DNA of 21,571 nucleotides, from IMG/VR virus record IMGVR_UViG_2541047543_000003; one strand, given 5' to 3'. The position numbers and the translations under genes are program-made. The stretch comes from a virus (lineage: Duplodnaviria; Heunggongvirae; Uroviricota; Caudoviricetes). Numbering within the stretch: position 1 is the first letter of the stretch; each line of letters starts with the position of its first letter. The notes beneath the pieces are model-generated. The model worked only from the letters and a program-made list of their open reading frames with translations. It ran no database searches and was not told the DNA's origin. Below are positions 16,200-21,571 of this stretch, in pieces.

Positions 16200-17324
16200 T
16201 TATTTTTTCTGTACTGCTTCTGTTACCACGAATGGAGTATCGCATGAAGCTTTGCTAGTGACTGTACCAACCATAGTGATTTCTTCACCTTTCACCATGT
16301 AGTAGCCTGCACCTTTCGTCTTAAAGAAGACTTTAGCTTTAGCTTCATCACCAGCTTGGATTTCGACGTAATCTTTGTTTACATCAACAACTTTACCAGA
16401 CCATTTCACATAGCTTCCAGCGTATTCCTTATTGAATACATCTTGGCTACGCTCCGCAGAGTACTTAGTTTCACAACCAACTTCTTTGCTTGCTTCTAAT
16501 AGTGATTTCACGCTGAATTCGATTGTAAGCAATGGAGCTACATCACCACGACCTACATTCTCTACAGTTAAAGAAGCGCTTTCAAAAGTAGTGGCTTCTG
16601 ATGCTTCCCTTTTCAAGATTGATGTTCTTGTAATGTTACTCACTGTAGCTTCCGCATCAAGACGATCTTCAAGCTCAGCAATTTTTTGCTTCTGCTCTGC
16701 GATTAGTTTGTCTTTCAAAGCAATTGTCTCTTTCAGCTTACCAAACTCTTTACCAATACTATTAGTAGAGTTCTTCAGCTTATCTTGTAGCCTTTGGATT
16801 TCAGCATCTTTATCTTTGATTAGAGCATCATACTCAGCTTTTACTGCTTCTAGTTCAGCTTTTGTAGAAACTTTACCTTCTTCAAAAGGCAGAACTTCTG
16901 GAAGCACATCAACTTCTAGCTGTAGTTGCTCACGAGCAGCTTGGTTAAACTCAGCCTTGAAGAAGCGCTCCGTGATCAATGCGCCAGAAAGAAGCGTTAG
17001 CATAATAACGGTAACAAGCCAGCTACCCTTCCATCCACCTTTACGAGGGCGGAATCTATTCCAAAGACCAAAAGTAAGAATAGAGATTAGCCAGTAAACG
17101 AAAATATTCATTTTCTTGTCTTTCTTATCTACAGCTTTTTTGTCTTTCTTGTCAGAAGGCTTACCGTTCTTGTTCTTATCATCACCATTATCACTAGGCG
17201 CAAAACCAAGACCTTTATCTGAACCTGCCTCTTTAGTTAGCTCAGCGCCACCAGCAACATTATGATTTTCTGTAGAAAGCTTGTCACTTAGTGGTGTTGA
17301 GGCATTTTCATTATTTTGATCCAT
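16200..17324 (-). CDS. Membrane-anchored coiled-coil protein with putative C-terminal OB-fold
   Basis: Disordered charged N-terminus, two hydrophobic segments (IFVYWLISILTFGLW; WLVTVIMLTLLSGALI), long heptad region, C-terminal YAGSYVKWSGKVVDV...GEEITMVGTV. ATG 17324 has a GGAG RBS (ORF track TTG 17336). Confidence 0.75.
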   Translation of the reverse strand: MDQNNENASTPLSDKLSTENHNVAGGAELTKEAGSDKGLGFAPSDNGDDKNKNGKPSDKKDKKAVDKKDKKMNIFVYWLISILTFGLWNRFRPRKGGWKGSWLVTVIMLTLLSGALITERFFKAEFNQAAREQLQLEVDVLPEVLPFEEGKVSTKAELEAVKAEYDALIKDKDAEIQRLQDKLKNSTNSIGKEFGKLKETIALKDKLIAEQKQKIAELEDRLDAEATVSNITRTSILKREASEATTFESASLTVENVGRGDVAPLLTIEFSVKSLLEASKEVGCETKYSAERSQDVFNKEYAGSYVKWSGKVVDVNKDYVEIQAGDEAKAKVFFKTKGAGYYMVKGEEITMVGTVTSKASCDTPFVVTEAVQKK

Positions 17325-17376
17325 AAAATACTCCAAGTTTATTTATTGATTAATTAATTGAATTAAGGTCGCCCTT

Positions 17377-17459
17377 AAAAGCAACTCAACACCATTACGG
17401 TGCTGAGTTGTTTACTTTTTTGTGTTTTGTGTTTGTGTTGGGTCATTAGTTTATGACTT
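17377..17459 (-). ncRNA. Candidate small RNA or terminated leader with CA-rich single-stranded core
   Basis: Predicted promoter TTGACC-17-TAATTT, 5' hairpin GTCAT/ATGAC, CAACACAAACACAAAACACAAAAAA tract, 12-bp stem CAACTCAGCACC/GGTGTTGAGTTG then TTTT. Confidence 0.45.
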
Positions 17460-17465
17460 GAGAAT

Positions 17466-17494
17466 AAATTACCTAAATAAAAAAGGCAGGTCAA
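17466..17494 (-). promoter_or_regulatory. Putative sigma70 promoter driving the candidate RNA/leader
   Basis: TTGACC (17494-17489), 17-bp spacer, TAATTT (17471-17466). Confidence 0.5.
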
Positions 17495-17533
17495 CATAAA
17501 AAACAATATTTTTCACTAATATGAAAAAAGTTC

Positions 17534-17562
17534 TTGCCAACCTATTTTGATACATGTATAAA
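17534..17562 (+). promoter_or_regulatory. Putative sigma70 promoter upstream of the dksA-like gene
   Basis: TTGCCA (17534-17539), 17-bp spacer, TATAAA (17557-17562). Confidence 0.6.
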
Positions 17563-17752
17563 CTCGACCCAGCAAAAAAGGCAGCCCTGTTTATATATAG
17601 TTACAGTTGCAAAAAGCCGTATGCTTGTTTAATGACCAGAAGTTATGTTGTAACGTAAATTTTTTCTGGTATGATCAATAATCAAATGAATATTAAATTT
17701 AAAATATGGCATGGCGAGTCCTGCCATTAGTTTATAATAAATAGGTAAAAAC

Positions 17753-18127
17753 ATGGACAACTCAACTCCTGAAATGACTAATGAAATGCGTGAAGCTTTC
17801 CGTACTCGTCTGATTGAAGAAGAAATTAAGGTCACTAACTCGCGTAATGCCGCATTAGAAGCTGCAAACGGTACTCATGAAAAATCAGCAGACCAATGTG
17901 ATGAAGCTAGTCGAATCGAAGACCGTAACTATCATCTAGCTATGGCTGACCAACAACTTCTTCGTCTACGTGAAATCCAAGTAGCGCTTAAGAATTTTGA
18001 TGATGATTTTGGTTACTGTATTGATTGTGGCGATGAAATCTACATTAAGCGACTAGAAATCAACCCTGCATATCAACGCTGTACTTCTTGTGAACATGAC
18101 CACTCATTAAGAAAGAAAAACGGGTAA
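17753..18127 (+). CDS. DksA/TraR family C4 zinc-finger protein (RNAP secondary-channel factor)
   Basis: Coiled coil with DxxDxA tip (DQCDEA), FGYCIDCGDEI...RLEINP...CTSCE; RBS AGGT. Confidence 0.92.
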   Translation: MDNSTPEMTNEMREAFRTRLIEEEIKVTNSRNAALEAANGTHEKSADQCDEASRIEDRNYHLAMADQQLLRLREIQVALKNFDDDFGYCIDCGDEIYIKRLEINPAYQRCTSCEHDHSLRKKNG

Positions 18128-19044
18128 TGGATATGAAGGTTGTAACAGGCAACGCTAGAAAATTTGTAATATCAGCTACTCTGATGTCAGCTATCTTGCT
18201 TTCAACTAATGCAAACTCTAAAGAAGTTGGTGAAAGTTACATTCATGACAAGTCAGTAGTAAAAAGCTTGCTTCAACCTTCCATATCAAAAACTGAAAAA
18301 AGTAAAATTAATCGCAAAGTAGAAGAAATCATTAAGCATTATAGCCAACAAAATAACTACCTTGCTCACAAACTACTTTTTACTATTTACTCTGAAGATA
18401 AAAGTGACTTCTATTCTCTGCGATCAGCAGAAGCGCAGTTAGAGAAAATGGGAACTGTAAGTCATGGTTCCTACTCTAAATATGTCATAGATTATTATGC
18501 AGATAAAAACTCACCTTTTTACAATCCTAAAAGAGCAGAGAGAATTGCTAGTGTATGTGCTGAGCAAGGTGTAGAAAAATGCCTTGTTATCATGTTTGAT
18601 GCAGCACTGCATGATAAAGCCTTTGAAAAATCAATAACAACCTCAATGAAAGAATCATTTTACAGGCTTGCGAAAGAAGGATTCAAAACAAACAAAGCTA
18701 AGTATATTTACTCACGAGCAGCAGGTACTGGAATTATTCCAAATAAAGGATTGCAAGATAAGTTGCTTATAGAAGCGGCAGAAGATCTGCATATCCATTC
18801 ATTAGAAACCGTGGCTGGATTGTACGCTGAGCAGTTTTACAAAGACGCCTCTAAAACTAAAACCTTTTATTACACATATTTAACCATGATCGTGAAGGGT
18901 GACATATCTCCTAATACAATGGCTCGACTAGGTGATGCAGCATCAGGCGTACCTTTGGAAGCAATTGAGAAGACAATGAAGTTAGCTAATGATAAGTTAA
19001 TTTCAAGAGGATATAAAATTCCAGACCAATTCGCCCAACCTTAA
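18127..19044 (+). CDS. Exported helical protein with degenerate Sel1-like repeats
   Basis: Signal peptide (RKFVISATLMSAILLSTNANS); segments such as AERIASVCAEQG and GTGIIPNKGLQDKLLIEAAED resemble Sel1 repeats; TAATG overlap with the upstream gene. Confidence 0.6.
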   Translation: MDMKVVTGNARKFVISATLMSAILLSTNANSKEVGESYIHDKSVVKSLLQPSISKTEKSKINRKVEEIIKHYSQQNNYLAHKLLFTIYSEDKSDFYSLRSAEAQLEKMGTVSHGSYSKYVIDYYADKNSPFYNPKRAERIASVCAEQGVEKCLVIMFDAALHDKAFEKSITTSMKESFYRLAKEGFKTNKAKYIYSRAAGTGIIPNKGLQDKLLIEAAEDLHIHSLETVAGLYAEQFYKDASKTKTFYYTYLTMIVKGDISPNTMARLGDAASGVPLEAIEKTMKLANDKLISRGYKIPDQFAQP

Positions 19045-19051
19045 TGCAGCT

Positions 19052-19080
19052 TTGACATTTAGGTGAAAATGGTAGATAAT
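19052..19080 (+). promoter_or_regulatory. Sigma70 promoter for nrtR
   Basis: TTGACA (19052-19057), 17-bp spacer, GATAAT (19075-19080). Confidence 0.75.
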
Positions 19081-19114
19081 CCTGCTAATCGCTTAATAGT
19101 ATAGCAGGATTTTT
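19078..19114 (+). terminator. 10-bp inverted repeat: upstream-operon terminator and/or operator, overlapping the nrtR -10 and RBS
   Basis: AATCCTGCTA-N14-TAGCAGGATT followed by TTT. Confidence 0.55.
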
Positions 19115-19117
19115 AAT

Positions 19118-19828
19118 ATGACTGATAAATTCGACGCGTACCGTCCTAACGTTGGTGTTACAGTAGTTCCTTTGATTCTTAAGGACAATAAGGTTCAGGT
19201 TCTTACCTACGTTCGTCCAGATGACGCTGAAACATTTGCGTCAAAAATTGCCCTACCAAACGGCTTTATGAATATCACCAAGCACACTACACTTGAAGAT
19301 GCTGCTATGGATGCACTGTTAGAGAAAACTGGCGCTAAAGTTGCTCGACTCGAACAGTTTCATGTTTTTTCTGGTGATTACATTGACCCAACCAGACGTA
19401 TTACGCTAAACGTACCGTTTTTAGCAATGCACAAGATTAATGAAATCTCTTTTGTTGATGGTGATGACACCCCGTCTATCAATCACGCTCAGTGGATGCC
19501 AATTGAAGAAGCTCTAAGCCTCACAGAGAGCGATTTCGCGTTTAACCACTACCAAGTATTGTCTAGCGCCATTGAACAGATTAGAAAGCCTGGCAACGAG
19601 GTACGTTCTGCCATTGATCTTCTACCTGAACAGTTTACCATTCCTGAGCTTATGGATGCTTACAAGTCCATTACAGGATCTGACATCAATGAAAACCGCC
19701 TAAGAAAGAAAATCCGCGACACTAACTTCATTATTGATAGTGGTGAAAAGCGACGAATCAAAGGTATTCGTCCAGCGACCCTGTACGTGAGCAATCCTAA
19801 GTACGTTGAGCCTATCGTATTCAATTAA
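19118..19828 (+). CDS. nrtR: NrtR-family regulator (degenerate Nudix domain plus wHTH)
   Basis: ALPNGF...LEDAAMDALLEKTG (Nudix box lacking REuxEE), LEQFHVFSG..IDP, FAFNH, LLPEQFTIPEL...RLRKKI...RPATLY. Confidence 0.88.
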   Translation: MTDKFDAYRPNVGVTVVPLILKDNKVQVLTYVRPDDAETFASKIALPNGFMNITKHTTLEDAAMDALLEKTGAKVARLEQFHVFSGDYIDPTRRITLNVPFLAMHKINEISFVDGDDTPSINHAQWMPIEEALSLTESDFAFNHYQVLSSAIEQIRKPGNEVRSAIDLLPEQFTIPELMDAYKSITGSDINENRLRKKIRDTNFIIDSGEKRRIKGIRPATLYVSNPKYVEPIVFN

Positions 19829-19845
19829 CCGCCTTGTATTCTTAT

Positions 19846-19876
19846 AAATAGTCAGACACTTGTCTGGCTATTTTTT
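19846..19876 (+). terminator. nrtR terminator
   Basis: AAATAGTCAGACA-CT-TGTCTGGCTATTTTTT. Confidence 0.85.
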
Positions 19877-19940
19877 ATTCATCGAAAATGTTGAATGACT
19901 TAATTTATAAATTCGACTTTTTTAATCTAAGTTATTGTTT

Positions 19941-19959
19941 AATAATGATTTTCATCAAC
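19941..19959. promoter_or_regulatory. Possible Fur box
   Basis: AATAATGATTTTCATCAAC matches 14/19 positions of GATAATGATAATCATTATC, upstream of a cytochrome b remnant. The AT-rich background weakens the call. Confidence 0.4.
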
Positions 19960-19979
19960 TATATTAATGAATTAATAAA

Positions 19980-20086
19980 ATGACAGAAACACCAATAAAC
20001 TATAGCTTATTGATGAGAACGATACATTGGTTCTCTGCACTAACCGTTGTAGGCATGTTTGGTTCAGGGTTGCGAATGGTAGACTT
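19980..20086 (+). pseudogene. yceJ: 5' remnant of cytochrome b561 (YceJ-like)
   Basis: [30 protein letters not shown] is the first haem-ligating helix; similarity stops at about 20086. Confidence 0.8.
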
Positions 20087-20413
20087 ACGAATCATGCAGA
20101 ACGAGACAAGCACATTCGAAGCTCTGATTTTATCAATACTCAAAAGTTTGGAACCGCAACTTTCCAAAGTGCTAAGATTACTGATCAGGGCGATGGAAAG
20201 TTATTGATCGATGGTGATATGACTCTACATGGCGTAACTAAACCAATTAGTATTGATGCAACATTCATAGGTGAGGGACAAGACCCTTGGGGCGGTTACA
20301 GAGCTGGCTTTGAGGGTTCTACTCGAATTGAACTCGAAGATTTCGGAATCCCTATCATGGGTACTAGTAGTTATGTTGACCTAGAACTTCATGTAGAAGG
20401 TGTTCGAAAATAA
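20087..20413 (+). pseudogene. yceI: 3' remnant of YceI polyisoprenoid-binding protein
   Basis: [39 protein letters not shown] in a different frame; signal peptide and N-terminal part absent. Confidence 0.88.
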
Positions 20414-20431
20414 AGTTTTTTAATAAACAAT

Positions 20432-20458
20432 AAAAAAGCTCCCAAGTTGAGAGCTTTT
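20432..20458. terminator. Bidirectional terminator
   Basis: AAAAAAGCTC...GAGCTTTT between convergent genes. Confidence 0.75.
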
Positions 20459-20475
20459 CATGTCTACAGGAAAAA

Positions 20476-20670
20476 TTAATCTTCGTATTGTTTTTTCATT
20501 CTACTTTCATAGATTTCGATATATGTTTTAAATTCTTCACGAAGCGATTTTGCAGCTAACTCCATTCCTTCTGCTTTTTGCAGCATTTGATTAGCTTCAT
20601 ATCTCATCTCGCCTGCTTTCTTCTCAATGTCTTGAATGGCAATGATTATATTAACGGTTTCCACATTCAT
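20476..20670 (-). CDS. Small coiled-coil hypothetical protein
   Basis: AAGGA RBS 8 nt before ATG 20670; helical heptad-like sequence. Confidence 0.65.
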   Translation of the reverse strand: MNVETVNIIIAIQDIEKKAGEMRYEANQMLQKAEGMELAAKSLREEFKTYIEIYESRMKKQYED

Positions 20671-20688
20671 CACTTGAATCCTTTAAAA

Positions 20689-21075
20689 CTATTGTGTTTT
20701 TTTATCATCACCTTTCTTAATCTCTGTACAGAAGTACAAGATCAGAATATGAATCATAGTGTAAGAGAAAAGAACATCACCCTGATCCACCAGCATGTAA
20801 CAAAGGATCATACTTACTGGCAGAATAATAAGCGCTGCTGATTTCACCTTGAGAGCTGTATCGTTAATAGAGACCGTTGAGCGGTGAGAAAAGAAGTGTT
20901 TAACCTTACGCCAAGTTAAAGCACAAACTTCACCAAGTGTATAGTCCTCGATGGGCTTATCCTCAATAACGTCATTGTCTTTCTCTAAGCCAAGCAGCAT
21001 TCGTATAGCCAAAACAATTTCTTCTTTAAAGTAAAACAGAAGACCAAAGATAGTTAACATCACAATGTATTTCAT
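20689..21075 (-). CDS. Small membrane protein of unknown function
   Basis: AAGGTG RBS; three hydrophobic segments. Confidence 0.7.
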   Translation of the reverse strand: MKYIVMLTIFGLLFYFKEEIVLAIRMLLGLEKDNDVIEDKPIEDYTLGEVCALTWRKVKHFFSHRSTVSINDTALKVKSAALIILPVSMILCYMLVDQGDVLFSYTMIHILILYFCTEIKKGDDKKTQ

Positions 21076-21180
21076 AATTCACCTTTTATTAATTTTTTGA
21101 TTATTAAAACAATCAGATTGATTTTCATTTGATTGATAGATAAATACTACAGTAAAGAGAGTGTGAAGTCATTGAAAATT

Positions 21181-21200
21181 GGAGGTCATTAAAGACCTCC
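21181..21200 (-). terminator. Hairpin after the NADAR stop codon
   Basis: GGAGGTC-ATTAAA-GACCTCC, then AATTTT on the minus strand. Confidence 0.65.
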
Positions 21201-21571
21201 TAAAAGAACCCAAGCTGATCACATGCCTCACGAGACTTTTTACTCAAACAACCTAGTGCTGGCTTTCCAAGTATCATCAAACCTTCCAAATCTGGTGGTA
21301 GAATTTTTTCGAACACTTTAAAGCCTGTATTGAAGACGATTTCTCTTTGTTCCATCCAAAGCCTACCAAGCACATTCATTCCATATAGACTTCCATCCTC
21401 TTGAAGTTTCGCTCCCCAAAAGTCATCATGCTTTGAAATTTCAACGATGGGCATCCCTTTAGATTCATTTAGGATTGGAACAATAACATCCCAGTGTTGC
21501 GCAATCTTAAGCTGTAAGCACCATCGCATAAACTGAATCCTTTCTTTCATCCAATTCCTTCTGGACTTATC
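21200..21571 (-). CDS. NADAR (YbiA-like) family protein, 5' part beyond the window edge
   Basis: Frame open to position 21571 (DKSRRNW-MKE); MRWCLQLKIAQH, PIVEIS..DDFWG, GMNVLGRLWMEQRE. Confidence 0.88.
   Translation of the reverse strand, partial: DKSRRNWMKERIQFMRWCLQLKIAQHWDVIVPILNESKGMPIVEISKHDDFWGAKLQEDGSLYGMNVLGRLWMEQREIVFNTGFKVFEKILPPDLEGLMILGKPALGCLSKKSREACDQLGFF

Noticed and set aside
11615-17097. Nested ORFs in the ATPase, nrdB, nrdA and the membrane gene, including the 221-aa Ser-rich 16432-17097 and 16060-16245
   Set aside because: Shadow frames; Ser/Leu/Phe richness mirrors the Glu/Lys/Ala codons on the opposite strand
17481-17500. GTCAACATA reminiscent of the yybP-ykoY riboswitch often linked to terC
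   Set aside because: No GGGGAGUA or GAGACC elements; better explained as a minus-strand -35
17587-17606. CTGT-TTATATATAGTT-ACAG resembling an SOS box
   Set aside because: The spacer is 12 bp; LexA needs CTGT-N8-ACAG
17565-17630. AAAGGCAG...GCAAAAAGCC resembling a c-di-GMP-I riboswitch
   Set aside because: Lacks GCAAAC, the GNRA loop/receptor and the second stem
17629-17835. Minus-strand 68-aa ORF, and plus-strand ORF 20578-20841
   Set aside because: Antisense overlaps with better-supported genes; no RBS or motifs
19980-20413. ORFs 19980-20207 and 20027-20413 as intact genes, or as a programmed frameshift
   Set aside because: Each is only partly homologous, to two different proteins; no slippery sequence at the junction; a deletion explains both
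21111-21137. Fur- or FNR-like site upstream of the small membrane gene
   Set aside because: Only about 11/19 match to Fur and one FNR half-site in very AT-rich DNA

Overview
AT-rich, gene-dense window that looks like part of a large Vibrionaceae-associated extrachromosomal element (megaplasmid, phage-plasmid or jumbo phage). This is inferred from Vibrio-like housekeeping homologues sitting outside their usual chromosomal neighbourhoods and interspersed with phage-type hypothetical genes; no replication or virion genes are present to decide which. Gene order: outer-membrane beta-barrel, phage-like hypothetical, radA (divergent), a 9-gene Ter stress-response cluster (TerD-like/TerB fusion, 2x TerD, PRTase-TRSP, winged-helix protein, StiP/PELOTA, citrate-lyase-like enzyme, 2 more TerD-like), two hypotheticals, a STAND/archaeal-type ATPase with tandem repeats over its promoter, class Ia nrdAB with phased NrdR boxes, a membrane coiled-coil/OB-fold protein, a DksA/TraR homologue coupled to an exported Sel1-like protein, nrtR, a yceJ::yceI deletion pseudogene, two small genes and a NADAR gene cut by the window edge. 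Best leads: (1) a candidate ~80-nt CA-rich RNA at about 17377-17459 (- strand) with its own promoter and terminator that could pair with the GcvB G/U seed; (2) a non-canonical Ter cluster with no TerC, TerA, HAD or ATP-grasp gene and a wHTH gene inserted; (3) intergenic parts shared between the terD spacer and both flanks of an unrelated gene. All family calls come from motif recognition by eye, not database searches.
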